Shown piece after piece: positions 31,225 through 46,056 of a stretch of 64,000 nt of DNA. Numbering within the stretch: position 1 is the stretch's first letter; every line of letters starts with the position of its first letter. Both the position numbers and the translations under genes were made by a program. The notes under the pieces are model-generated. The model saw only the letters and a program-made list of their open reading frames with translations, ran no database searches and was not told the origin of the DNA. The stretch is taken from contig CM022669.1 of assembly GCA_012295275.1 (NCBI GenBank), forward strand, positions 15,996,001-16,060,000, in the 5' to 3' direction. This DNA is from Chrysomallon squamiferum. Taxonomy: Eukaryota; Animalia; Mollusca.

Positions 31225-32331
31225 CTAGTAGTACTAGTAGTAGTGGTGTTGGAGGTGGTAGTAGAAATAATTGTGATAGTAGTAATAGTAGCAGTCACAG
31301 CAATGGTAGTAGTAGCAGTAATGGTAGTAGTAGTAGAAGTAGAAACAGCAAAAAAATTGGTACTAGTACAATAGATATCAATAACAAAAGAAGTAGCAAT
31401 GATATAGGAAGCAGTTGTAGCAGCTTCATCAATTGTGGTAATAGCTGTAATAGAAGTAGAACTACTACTAGTAGTAGGATACTAGCAATACAAGCGTAAA
31501 TAACGGTGAAATGTGCAAAATATTGTAGAAAATATGGTTTTAAGTGACGTCGCTTCTAAAATTATGAGAATCTCAAAAAACCTTTTTATATCATTGCTAA
31601 AAATTGGCGACACAGAAAACAACGTGATCTGTATTCTAATCCACGCGGACACAGCCAAATGGATCAGTTATCCATCCCCTGCATTATCCTCTTGGTCCCC
31701 TGATCTTACCAATTTACTTTTAATCAAAAAAAAAAAAAAAAAAAATCTATTAATCATTATAATGTACTCGTAATCATTTTTATCCTTTTAATACGTCTCT
31801 CTAAGAGCTAATGCGGCCTTGAACGGTTCTACGCTTAATTATCCACATTACGTGCACGTCTTTTTTACAATTACGTAGTTTGAGCTTCAGATTTAAATAA
31901 CGTTTAAAAAAAAGGAATCTTCACTGTATTTCTAATGTTCAGATATCTCCTGACTTTAGGCTTAAGTAAATTACTGCCATCATTTTTTGCCTGGCTTTGC
32001 CTCTTAAAATGATAATATGAAAATAATTGTGGAAGCTTACAGAAATGAATTTCACACAGAATAATTATATGTGCCTCTGGTATATTCTGAAGAGAGAGAG
32101 AGAGAGATATTTTTTTTTTTTTTTTTTTTTTTTAAGGTATCGTGCAATATTTATCAATTTCATTTGGGTGTTTAATTTATAACGAAATAAGTAATTAAAA
32201 TAACGAATAATAATACGTTTTATTCGTTAGTGATTCGGTTACTTTTTTTTTAGTATTATTGTTTGACTTAATTATACCGTTTGAGTTATTAAACAGTAAT
32301 TATGTTTATAGTTTAAGATACATTTGTTCAG

Positions 32332-32749
<418 letters not shown>

Positions 32750-33663
32750 AACACTTGAAATGTGTATCAACAGGTAGAGAGATATGTCACTCCCTCGCCT
32801 GCTTTTCTTCAGAATTGTATGTTTTGTTCATTACAATGAAACTCGTTTCATTATGTAAGAATTCACTATGATTATGTCTCCCAACGGATTTTGTAAATTA
32901 TAGATCGGTTTTCAAATTAGGTCACGTTTTGTATTAATTTTTTAGAAGAAATATTTTATCCTGAGGTAATTTTGTAAATTAAGGGATATAATGTTATTTA
33001 ATAGAGAAGGCTGAGAAAAGATACCGAGAAATTTATTATTTTTTTTATATTTTGTTTCGAGATTTTTCAGCTATTTACTGCCGTTCCAATCGTAAGGCTG
33101 TCAAAAAACAAATATTTCTATGAATCATTGTTTCATATTAGGGAACATTATTCCTGCAGACCATTATATCATTATAATTTCTACTACCTCGTTCGAACTT
33201 CGCGTGAATCATTTCTAGAAAAGGACTTATTATTATTACTATTGTTGTTATTATTAGTAGTAATAGTAGTAGTTTTACCATCATCATAATAAACACCATC
33301 AGCAGCAGCAGCAGTAGGAGCCGTGTCATCATCATCAGCAACAGACGAACAACTGTCAAAACAGCATGAAAATAAGAAATATGTTCAGTATCGCCAATAA
33401 CCTGATACGTTGATAACCGGTGAGTTTGAAATAATTGTTTGCGTCTGGTAAAGCAGTCTTAAACAGTAATTTATTACTTCTCATATTGTGGGAAATACAC
33501 TTGCCTCAGAACTAAACGAGACAGTGATGAAGAGAGATAGATTCAGAGAAAGATGTAGAGTAATTAGAAATCAGTTTTATATACAGTGAAATGAATCTTA
33601 ATATCCTTAATTTTATCTTTGTTATAATTAAGAATATATAATATGAGAGACAGACAGACAGAC

Positions 33664-33745
<82 letters not shown>

Positions 33746-33926
33746 ACTTAAGCATTCACATAAAGCATCGAATAAAAGTAGTAAATTTATTTATTGACTG
33801 ACTACCTAATTTACATTTAAATGAATATAACATATTTTATATCTTCTGCCTATGTTAAAATTTACCTGATACATGCCTTAGTTACATTCATAATTTTGTT
33901 TTTCTTTTTTCTTTTTTTTTTTAAAC

Positions 33927-33972
<46 letters not shown>

Positions 33973-35577
33973 TAATTATAGGAATTATTCATGTTGGTTG
34001 TATTTGTGGCATAAATCAAAAGACATAGCTGTTTTATTCTTAGTAAAATCGATTCTATGATTAAAAAGCAACCGAAATACTTGCAAGTGTAACTACTTCA
34101 AAATGCATAGTGATCTATGGGTCAGCTAGTTTCATGATCACTTCCAGTTAATTCTTACAAACTGTTCGAAAATAGAAAGATTGATCTGGGTTTATTAGCT
34201 TCGTCCAAAAACACTGACTATCATAATATAATAATTAGTTTCCTTTGAGTTTGTGTTAATACAGAAATAAGTGGTTTCAATAATGCTTCTGAAAGCAGGT
34301 TTTTGTACTCTGATGATGACGACAGTGATGATGATGGTTATGATGATGATTCTAATAATTACGATAATGGTAAATTTTATAAATATTCGATTTCTATATT
34401 AAATGCCAATTGAGGAATCAAGATCATATAATTTCAAAAAATCTGATGATCTGGTGTTGCCTAAAACAGTTAAATCAGAAAAAGAAGGCAGAAAGGAATA
34501 TTTGACATAATAATACTTACGAAACCTAAACCCAATTAAATAAAAGTTGTTATCATTCAGATCACTTTGGTTCCGAGAAAAGATTCGTCAACAAATTTAA
34601 TTTTTGCCGAATAAAATGATTTTAACAACATTGAGACAGACGTAATTTCGATTTCATCTCTAAAAAACCCGAGGCATACACCACTCTTTTTACTGGTATA
34701 TGTGCATTTCTTGTTCATAAGAAATAAATACAATTCAGCACAAACGTAAAATAATATCTAGCCAAGAAAACTGAATTAAATAAAAACAAAAACAAAAACA
34801 AAAACATTAAGAATCTTTCGCATTTTCAAACTCTTATTTGTCGCAGGCTATATACTATTCCTAAATATATTACGCACCATTAAAGCCAATATGATATCTT
34901 TCTGACATCCAAGAAATTCAGCATTTGTTCTGAAGAAAGTTTTGCAAATATAATTATTACGCGTCGAAATACATAATGGAAGGTCTTCGTACAACTGTCT
35001 TTTACTCTGAACGTAACAAATCCTACATGTTCTATTAGGCTTTCCGTCGGCCGCCAAATAATCGTTTACTACAAGATGTATTTCCTTAGCAGACAGAAAA
35101 ACGACCGACGGAATAGTATCGTAATGTATTTATTCAACAAGCAGTCTATAATTGATAAAAATGACGTTAGAATATGTTGTTAGTCTGTGCAGCACAAATT
35201 AGAGGAGACCAGTATGAACGATATCTTTAGGCAAGATTAATTCTTGGTTTTAGTTAACAGAACAGAAAAACGAAAAAAATAAAAAATAACAAAATGAACA
35301 TATATAACTTATTTATGTGTGTTATATATGTACAGGTGTCTCTGTTTGTTTGTCTGAATGTATATTTTATTTTGTTTCCGTTTTCAAATATGTTAGATAA
35401 ATATATCAATTTTAATACGTTCTGGCATAACTGAGAATGATATGTTAAATAAGATCTGTATAACATATGCACGTAAATCGTACAAGCAAATCAGTGTTTA
35501 CATGCACGTAAATTGACTGTTGTTTCAGTTCTTATTTGCCAATAGCCACAACAGCTGCAAAATGTAGAGAATTAACA

Positions 35578-35659
35578 CGACGAGGATGGGATTCGAACCC
35601 ACGCGGGCAGAGCCCAATGGATTAGCAGTCCATCGCCTTAACCACTCGGCCACCTCGTC
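35578..35659 (-). tRNA. tRNA-Ser (anticodon GCT), 82 nt, intronless
   Basis: Minus strand reads GACGAGGTGGCCGAGTGGTTAAGGCGATGGACTGCTAATCCATTGGGCTCTGCCCGCGTGGGTTCGAATCCCATCCTCGTCG. Acceptor stem GACGAGG/CCTCGTC, anticodon arm ATGGA-CTGCTAA-TCCAT, long variable arm GGGC/GCCC, T-loop TTCGAAT, discriminator G, and a T4 run about 15 nt downstream. Confidence 0.97.
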
Positions 35660-36256
35660 CACATAACACAACGTATTTTCGAATGCCGTCTCCTACACGT
35701 TACGGCTTTCTGTAAATAAAATAATTAATTTTAAAATCCTAACATTATCAAACAGTAATCAACAGAGCCAATACGGAAATGAACAGACACCGATTATGGA
35801 ATTTTATATTAAAAGTTACTGTTGATCGAAATTACCGATCATTCTCCAAATCTATGAGACGGAATAATTATTCCATTCATGGTCTGCGAAATAATCTCTT
35901 CCTGGTTTTTCTGGAAATGAGATAGGACGTTTTGGCCTTGGTATCAAAGCTGCGAGCCAGATAATAGCTGTACCAGAAAACAGACCACTTATCGAATTTT
36001 TTTTTTTCTTTCTCTGCTGATAGCAAATTAAGTTTGAAAAAGTACTGTTTGCTTAAAGACACTTCTGTTCTGTGGGTTCTTGTTATAAATTTAAATGGTT
36101 ATTTTGCCGACGAAAATAAGCTATAATCATTATATTTCCTTATTTAAACTGAACTACATGTATTAAATATAAGTACGAAACAATGTCCTTCATACATTAA
36201 TAATAAGTCTTGCACCTCATTCAAAAGGTAAGAAGAATTATTATCTTAAATATTTT

Positions 36257-36340
<84 letters not shown>

Positions 36341-36994
36341 CAGATATTAAACTCAGAAAACTAGACATTAAAAAACAAATCACACCATTTCAACAATCCA
36401 ATTTTCTAGGGGAAAATTAACGGAACATTAATTTCCTGTTACAATAACAGTAATCCGGTACAAGTTAAACAATTGCAGAAAGTCTGGCGTTATTTCACAG
36501 AGTTGCAATCACGATATATCTGAAAGCGTTTATTTAAAATCCAGGTGGCAGGCGCGCCTTCCTGCTTATTAATAACTGTTTAGAACAAAAGCTGTGCTGT
36601 TTGAAAGAAGCGAGTAGTTATTCTGGTTGAGAAATAGTGGCAAACCGGAAAATCTTTAAATACTTTTATTTCAGACTAAAAATGCCTGGTACCATAGCGT
36701 TTAATTAAAAATTTCACAATCATTCTTATCAAATTTATCATTCTTCTTTTGTTCGTTCCTTTCCTCTAAGGACGGGAGGTGTTCTTTTCATTGCTATGCA
36801 CAGATTTAAAAAAAAAAAAAAAATTGTTCTATGCAGAGGAAACAAAATTTGGTAATACTTGGGCGTTTCGGTCTAGCGAACATTTCACGTAAAACGAGGG
36901 GCGATATAAAAATGTCAGACAGAGTCCCAGACAGTTCGCTTGTGTCTCCAACAAAACTACATCACAATGTGTAAATCATCATTATTGTCCATAA

Positions 36995-37276
36995 CCCTTC
37001 TTTAAATTTATTTTCTAGTACCCGATTCAAGACATGCTGCAAAAAAGGCGAATTTATGATCCTCATATCATCGAATCCGATAACTTTCATGACATAAGCC
37101 TAACTTCGAAATGGTTTGTGATATACAGAAAAATATCCCTTCTTTAAATTTATTTTATAATATCCGATTCAAGACATGCTGCAAAAAGGCGAATTTATGA
37201 TCCTCCAACCATCGAATCTGATAACTTTCATGACATAAGTCTAACTTCGAAATGGTTTGTGATACATAGAAACATA
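36995..37276. repeat. Tandem duplication, period about 142 bp, two copies
   Basis: CCCTTCTTTAAATTTATTTT...CCGATTCAAGACATGCTGCAAAAAGGCGAATTTATGATCCTC...TAACTTCGAAATGGTTTGTGATA begins at 36995 and at 37137. Confidence 0.9.
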
Positions 37277-39337
37277 CTGATAGATTATCAAGAATTAATA
37301 GCTTATCGGAACGGTTATAGAATTTTTAGGAAGGATGGTTTGTAACTTCTGATGTGTGCACGTCTTTTCCTTAAAATGTGGATATTTTAAGTAAAATTTA
37401 TATTACATGTTTTGTTGTAGGTGTGATCTGTATAGGAGGACTGCCACACTTCATGATGAGAAAAATCTGCTTGTTCTGTTAGAAATGATAGACGCCTCAT
37501 CAGATGTTTGTCTCCTGTTTTCGCATAATGGAATCGGAAACAACAGATGGTGAGGTACGTTCGATTGTCGTCTTCCAGTGTCATGTCTGTGTGTACATAA
37601 TTACTATTCTATACGAACTATTTAAGACATTTAGCATCACAGTAGCCTCGAAAGATAAACACAATATATAGGACATCATTTCTTTTCTATTTCCGTAATG
37701 CTTTTTTTTTTTTCTTCTTTTTTTTTTTTTTAGAGGGTAGTAGAATGTGTTGTTTAGAGAAGAGACACAGTGAAATATGACTATGTGCCGCATTTCTACA
37801 TCTAAGTCTATCATTGTGACATTCCATTAACGGAAAGTAGCAGATATATTAATCGAGGTGTCAGACAGATTTTTTTCTGCTTTCGTTTTTGTTCGCGTTG
37901 TCAGACTTCGAGAATATTAATAAAGAAAAACATTTTTCTTCGCCGTCATCACGGTCATTAATTATTATACTTAAGTGTTCATGTCTGGAAAAATAAATGG
38001 ATATATGGCTAGACGCTTCAGTGAAGACAGTGATTCCAGTAGGGCATACCAGAGTGTCCTAACCAACGAGTTATCTTAGGATTCTGGTCTTTAATGGCAT
38101 TCAAATTATAGACTTCAATGTAGAAATTAAAAAATAATAAACAAATAAATAAATATATAAATAAATAAATAAATACAGTAAGAAACAAAGAAAGAAATAT
38201 AATTACATAGCTAACAGACGTTTCATGGCTTTCACAAAAGTGAACTTTCCCCATTTTATGGCGATTATTAAAAAATCGTCAATGATTATTGACATAAACC
38301 GTTGCACCTCTTTGAATCCATGAACAAATAAGTTGCCAAAAATAAGTATGCGATAATAGTATACGGTAATGACAACAAGTATTTATAATAGAAATTAATA
38401 CGTTCCTACAAACATATAAAACAAATCTTAAGAATTTACTGTTTTACAGATGACCAGTAAGATAGACGTACGTGTAGACGCTTAACCATGAACATTTTTC
38501 AGTACTGATATATATATAAACATTATAATATATGATATATTCCGTACAAAGTCTGCAATAATGAACTTTTGTTAATTCTAAAAGAAAGATTCCCTATAAT
38601 CAGCATACATCCTAATAATAATAATGTTTCATTTATTATTAAGAAAAAGAAAAAGAAATAACGAGGACATAAAACAATAGAGTAAAAAATTATAAAGATT
38701 TCGTTTCAGTGTAAACATGACTTTTACTGATCGTTTGTTCTGGGCTTAAGATACTTAATAATCGTTAAAAGCAGATCTGGCAGAAGGTCTAACATAACGT
38801 TCAATCTTCTAGACCGGTCAAACCCAAAGTCCATCTTGTCACCACTGGAGACCAATAACGCGGCTAACGGTCAATAACAACTTTATGTTGTTAGTACAGA
38901 GATCACTTGTTTTAACATGGCTTCAGTGTGCTGAATCACTTCGGTTGCTCAGATCCACTGTTATCATGGGAAATAAGAATGTTCCGTGTGGTACCAAATT
39001 TTACGTTGTCAAATGATACATCGGCACCACATTTTATAACTATCGGATATCATTTCAAGGATTTTAACCTTTTAATGTCTGATTTCATGCTGTGTAATGA
39101 TATATCTGCACGCTCCAGTACGAAATCATTTTTGATCGAGACCGAGACTGATACAAAGCAAATAGTACACTAGACGCACGGATGCATATCGATTACGACA
39201 AATATAAAATCTAAACGTATGTTCCTGTCGAGCTACGTTATTACTGTTCTGAGATATATATTTAACGTCTAATTTAAAATTATCTGGATTTATATTAAAA
39301 TAATTGAAGTTTCGTGCATGGATATTAGTAATATTTG

Positions 39338-39427
<90 letters not shown>

Positions 39428-40561
39428 TTCTTTTTCTTTCTTTTTCAATCACCCTCTGTTTCTATCTCTAGTCTTTTCTACATAATGCATAATACGATCA
39501 AAAATAACTTTACAGATGTATTATTTTACTACCTTAGCATTATTATATGAAGTAATTGTGAAGAATAAAAAAACAAATAAAAATTCTTCCATAACAAACA
39601 AAATGTTCAGCCTTCATTTCAAAATAAATTTAAAAATTGGTCTCTTACTTTTTACGTAATTAAGTAAAGAACAGAACTATTCCTCTGGGATTGTATGCGT
39701 GACCCGAGCAATCATATTAGATAACCATTTACTTTACTAATCGAATAAAATTTAACTCTATTAAAAAATGCAAAGAATACCCTATTATAAACAGTTTTAA
39801 AAATGTTTAAGACTTGATAACGTGAAAAATTTAGCATTATACCGTGTATTATAACCAAATAACAAAACTGTCACTAATGCGACTGTGTAATGAATAAACG
39901 TTTATTTTAACATGGACATTAAATCGGGTAATGCAGCTACGTAAGTCTGAAGAATATTGTAGCAACTGCTAAAACAGAACATTAGTAAAATTCCCAATGA
40001 AGAAGAGCAATTTTATTAGCAGACATAAGCTTATATCAGCCGCTTAAATATACAGTCATTATTCCAGGACCTACAACGAGTTCATCTGTATTTATTATTT
40101 TTAGGCCTCTTCATAATGAATATAGCGCTGAGGAAACTCAAGGGACAGATGTTCAGAACAAGATCTTTGTTTAATCTATACTTTATTATGATCTTTTAGA
40201 TCGAGATTGTAAGGTTTATTTTGTTTTATTGCTAAAATTAATATCATGACAAAATGTGTCCGAAAATCTCTTCGGAAACAGGAATGATGTATCAAAATCT
40301 CGTAGTCTTGAAGGATACACGATCTGTGTAATTTGATTTAATCGCACCCGCCAGGGAAAACAAAGTTAAAGCAAAACGGTTCTTCGCGAGGAGTTTACAG
40401 AGCGCAATAAAACAAATTATTGAGTTATCTAGAATATTGTTTCTTTCTCAGCATCGTCTAATGTTACCATAATGTTTCGATTTTTTTAAGATTTTGGATT
40501 TGTCCTTTAACTTAGTTTTGAAACAGAATTAGAAAACAGTTTAAATGATGTCATTATAAAA

Positions 40562-40610
<49 letters not shown>

Positions 40611-40626
40611 TTTTTTTTTTTTTTTT

Positions 40627-40660
<34 letters not shown>

Positions 40661-41507
40661 AGTTTTTGTTGATGATGTTGATGTTGTGCCTGTTACTAAT
40701 GGTAGTAGTGGTGGTGGTAGTATGCACTAATTTATCTTATTCTATTTTATTTTTTAAACAGGCTATTTCTGATTTCTGACCTATTAAATACAACATTAAA
40801 AATAAATTTAAAAATGTTTAACTTCCACAGTCCTTTTTTCTTTTCTTTTCTTTTCTTTTCTTTCTGGAATGTAAATATTCTGGAATCAGTTTAATCTTTC
40901 TGTTTCATCCCTTCAGCAATTCGTTAAAACCTAACAAATGTGTTGTCCGTTTCAGACGTCGTTACCACTTCTTACTTATCTGCATTTAACTTATCGCGTG
41001 ACAAATTCGTTTTCTTCAGTGCGGGTTGATTAATGAAACTAAAACACCATGTAATCCGCAAAAAACAGTGTCACCTTCCACGACTAGCACGATATTAGGA
41101 ATTAGACTACTTCACGAGTTGACGAATTTCGCTTGGTCAGTGATGTGAAACTGTTTGAGGTGACAGTGATGTATCATACAACACTAAGACAAACTGATTT
41201 GTTTTTCTTCTTTTTTTTTCTTGAGTTTCTTATTTTAGTCCATCCGACATCTGTATTGTATCAAATAATGATTCGGAATTATAGTTTTATTTGTGTTCAG
41301 GTCTGTTCAAATTTGGATTTTAGGGTTATGTTAAACTTCTAGAAATACTAACTTAAAAAATGTTGGCAGGTAATATCTCATTTCTATGATCATGTAAATA
41401 TTTTGAAAGCTTAAAACGTGGCTTATTTTTTTTATTTTTTTTTTTTAAATTAATATTTTTAATTATTATTTTTATTAAAAAAAATTGATGAGAGGTAAAC
41501 TTTATCA

Positions 41508-41547
<40 letters not shown>

Positions 41548-41837
41548 AAACGCACTAAACTTTAACTCCTCGTATGTGTATCATATGACAAAGATATAGG
41601 CAAGACATTTTTATCTTTTCATTATTCATTTATTTGCTCATTTTTAAATCACATTTTGCATTTTTGAAACGAATATATATCGTACATTTGAGTATATTTT
41701 AAATTATCTAAAACCTTGGCTCTTTTCGTAACTTTTCCGGAATTCTTGTTATGTCTGCTTTACCGAGTGATTTCTTTCTGAGGATGAATGGTTGGGATTT
41801 TTGTTTCGCTGCTCTGTTTATGTTTCATTTTATTTCG

Positions 41838-41943
<106 letters not shown>

Positions 41944-42621
41944 TTGCTGTTGTTGTTTCTTCCATTTTCCTGTTGTTGTTTTTTTGTGTGTGTTGTTTTA
42001 TGTTTGGAAGGTGTCCTTGAAACCATAACATTAACAGCTTTAGACAAATTTGCTTAGAAAACGCTTCTTTCAATACTAGAATTCATTTTTATTTTTATCC
42101 CCAAGACACTCAAATTGATTGCAGCCAAAAACATAACAGAGATAATATTATAGTGCATCATTCATTTATAACCCCAAAACAAATTGTTAACTCGACATTT
42201 CAATAACTGCCTGGTAATTTTACACGGCCAAAAGGGAATACAGAGAATTTTAATGCAGCAGCTTTTAAGCTCTTGTCTTTGAGGGTGAGCAAGAGAGATA
42301 ACGATAAATAAATCACATTGACAACGTTATGGACATCAGTTATCAGAAATTCTTGTTTGCTCCGCTTAAACAACAAGGTACTGATATTTCCTGTTATACA
42401 CAGATTTTTTTTTTTTTTTTAAAAGCTTTGACCAGGAAGGTCAAAAGATAAGAACATATGATCTTCCGTTCGACGTGTATATCCCTCTTCTGTAAGTTTC
42501 TGCTGTGGTTTCTAATCAATGTAGAAATGATAGATCGTGTATCAAAGTGTGTTTTTTCTATGTCTTGTATCTGTGTTTCATGTGTGTTATATCTGAATGT
42601 GTTTGAAGTATGTTGCATGTA

Positions 42622-42702
42622 TTGGGTTGGCAAATAAGTTCCCGCCGTTTTAAACACACAATAGATTTAAACAAAACGGCGGGAACTTAGTTGCCAACCC
42701 AA
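42622..42702. mobile_element. 81-bp mariner-derived MITE (MADE1-like architecture)
   Basis: 30-bp terminal inverted repeats TTGGGTTGGCAA(A/C)TAAGTTCCCGCCGTTTT at 42622-42651 and 42673-42702 with one mismatch, a 21-bp spacer, and TA on both flanks (42620-21, 42703-04), the Tc1/mariner target duplication. Confidence 0.88.
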
Positions 42703-44219
42703 TATGCTTGTCTATATTATTTTTTGTAAGCAGCCTGCATAGTTGTAAGTCATTATATGTCAAACTGACAGACAGCTGCTGCGACATAATCTTTCTATAC
42801 AGAAACAAAATAGCTGGTTCGTACCTCCACTAAAATTTCAAGTAAAGAGCCTTCACCAGACAAATACTAATCAGCACAGATACTGTGCAGTCATCCTTAC
42901 AACAGAACGACAAAAGCTTTCTGTAGTTATAAGCAGCCGACATGACACTTTATCGTTAATGCAAATTTCATTAACACATAAGTTTCCTCTTCGTGTGGTA
43001 GATATGTGATTTGATCGATGTTCGTTAACACGTTGGTCGTCTGATTGTTGTATTTCCTGACTTTGGTGATCTTCGTACGGGAGAAGATTTCTAATGATCT
43101 CTGACTGCATGCAATCATTACCCAAGCCATTTGTGTTATACTGAGGATCAAGGTTATGGTGTATTCATGGCCGTATCTACTATCTTTAAAACTGTTAAAT
43201 CTTTTACCCTAATTATAGAAGTTAACACTTTTTTTTGCCTTTTGACTAATGTACTTTGTCACTAGGCATCTTCAACAAAATTCAAATTTTTATAAAAAAA
43301 TTTATAACACAGTCACTGAACGAAAAATGACAGGAAGTAAATTGGTTACTGCACTGGTGTCTTATTTTTTTCTTTTGAGATTATTAATTAACACATACAT
43401 ACATACATATATACATACATACATACATACATACATACATACATACATACATACATACATACATACATACATACATACATACATACATACATACATACCT
43501 ACACGCATACACAAACACACACACACACATATTTATATACATATATAAATACACGCATGCACACACACACACATATGTGTGTGTGTGTGTGTGAGTGTGT
43601 GTGTGTGTGTGTGCCTGCCTGTGTTGGCCATGGGTGTGTGGGAGTGTCTGTGTCGCAAACTGTTGATGTTATCACTATTCATGTACGTTATTTGTCGACC
43701 TGCTCCTGATTTTCATGTCAAGTAAAATTCTGTGTGCAGACTGACTCGACTTAGAAATAAACTCGTCTCCAGTTAGATATCAGTACTGAATATTGTCTGC
43801 CTCAGTTACAAAGAAGAATCATGCACGATGAAAAGAAAAGAAGGAAAACTAATCAGAACAGACAGACAATCCATACAAGACAAAATAAGGCATAAAAATC
43901 CCCTCACTCTCTTCACCTTATTGCATTCTTCAACAATAATGTCAGTGGAAATCAGGCGGGATGAGGGTCCACGGTGGTCATTTGACCCAAGCATAACATT
44001 TCAAATGGTCTTAATTGCGCGTACGTCTTCACCACGGAGGCAAGACAAATGAAATAAAGCCGAAGGTTTATGAAAGAATCTTCTGAAACGGAATGCAAAT
44101 GCTGTTTCCATGCTTTGCATACGTAAAGGAAATAAATTCCCCTGGTAAACTCAGCTTGCAATAGGAAATTGTATGTGGCAATCATCCGTGTTTGGAAAGA
44201 AAGCTGGAAGCGAACTATG

Positions 44220-44460
44220 ATCAGTTGACTGTCTGCCTTCGAGACTGACTGATTCATGATTGATTTACTGATTGATGAGCTGAATGAGTGATTGACCGAC
44301 TGACTGACAAAATGAAAGACTCCCTGGTTGAGTTACTGAATGACTGTTTCACTGACTGACTGACTGATGACCAACGACTAATGATCAGTGACTCAATGAC
44401 TGACTGACTGACTCATAACTACGGACTGATTGACTGAATGACTATCAGATTCACCGACTT
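44220..44460. repeat. Highly degenerate (GACT)n tetranucleotide tract
   Basis: Recurrent TGACTGAC and TGATTGA units. Confidence 0.7.
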
Positions 44461-44532
44461 CATTTCTTACGACCAATTATATATCAGAAGGTAAATTAGA
44501 ATGAACAGCAATTGTTTTTTCCAAAGTTTTCA

Positions 44533-44831
44533 TTTTAGTTTTGATTATAAATGTTTTTGTTTTGATTATTGTTTTCTTGTTCTATTTTGTTTCTTCATAT
44601 TTCATTTCTCTTCTGTTTTGTGCATTCATTAGCAAAACAACTATGTTTACGTTAATAAATTCACTCTAGCTTATACAAAGCTTTAATTTTGTTTTGTTTA
44701 TAAATGGTTTTGTTTTGATTTTTGTTTTCTTATTGTATTTTCTTCCTTCGTTGTTCATTTATCTTCTATTTATTTCATTCATCAGTAAAACAACTATGTT
44801 TACGCTAATAAATTCAGTCTAGCTAATACAA
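44533..44831. repeat. Diverged tandem duplication, period about 153 bp
   Basis: TATAAATG(T/G)TTTTGTTTTGATT...AAAACAACTATGTTTACG(T/C)TAATAAATTCA(C/G)TCTAGCT(T/A)ATACAA occurs twice. Confidence 0.8.
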
Positions 44832-46056
44832 TACACTCGGGTTTTTTTTTCTTCATACGAACGTCAAAACGTCCCTTGATAACGAGTAACCAAACTACAA
44901 GTTGCAGCATATTATGTGAATGGCAAATGAAGGCTAAATCAAATTATTTACCGAGTTACGACGTCACTAATAAACATCTGCTGGTGAAATAATTTTCTGA
45001 TTATACGAAAAGAGATTAGTTTCGGAAGAGATAGGATAATGGTTTTGTACTTGAACAAAACACACGTAAGGATTTTAAGAGATGAAAAAAAAAAAGAGAA
45101 GAAGAAGAAAATGATAATGATAAAATAAACCTTATAATGTGCTCGGACATGTCATTGAAATGGTGTCCTCAAGAATAATTATCAGTACATCAAATTTGAA
45201 ATTCGTTATTACGTTTTAAGCTAATCCAGTATTTTTTTTTTTTTTTTAATTATTTATCCTTGCTTTTTGGCTCTTTTTTTTATTGTGTCTACTTTTCGTC
45301 TTCTTTCGTAGTGTTTTTCTTTACCAAAAATATTAACAGAACCAGGTAGCCTTGCTTTTACATTTATGTTCGACATGTATAAATTCTCTCATTTCACATC
45401 TTGTTTCTCTAATCCCTTCACTTTTCCGTCATAAAAAATAAAATTAAAAAAGAAGTTTTAACAGGTTGTCTACAAACAAATTTTTCCGATAAACAAATCG
45501 AATTCAGCTATTTTCAAACTAAATGATATTTACTCAAAACGAAAATGTTTTAACGTGTACAGGCGCAGAAAAGAAAATATCCACATCGCCTGACAGAAGG
45601 TTTTAAACGATTTGCTCGTACAATGGAGCATGCATGAGTTTTTGAAATATCTATTAGTGTTTTCATTTTAGAAAATCGCCTTTGCCGTGAACATGTATGA
45701 AACGAAGCAAAGTCAACGATATCCGAGATATTATGTTTAACTCTCGCATGCAAATCATTGCACTTGATAAGCATTCTGTTTCTGAGAAATGAACGAACTG
45801 GAATAAAAATTTTAATTTTTCGTAGTTAAATTGTCCTTATGGGGTTTGAAGAAATATAAGTTCATTTCTATTCCATGTTTCAGTTAAAATATTAATTGTT
45901 CGAAATTATTTACAAACTGAAAGACATAAACTAAGATCTATAAAATCGACTCGAAGAAGAAAAAGAATTATATATGAGTATATATGCATTACAGATTATT
46001 CTAATAATCCCATTTAATGCCAGGAAAAATAGCTAGTCGTGTGGTTACTGTTAAAT

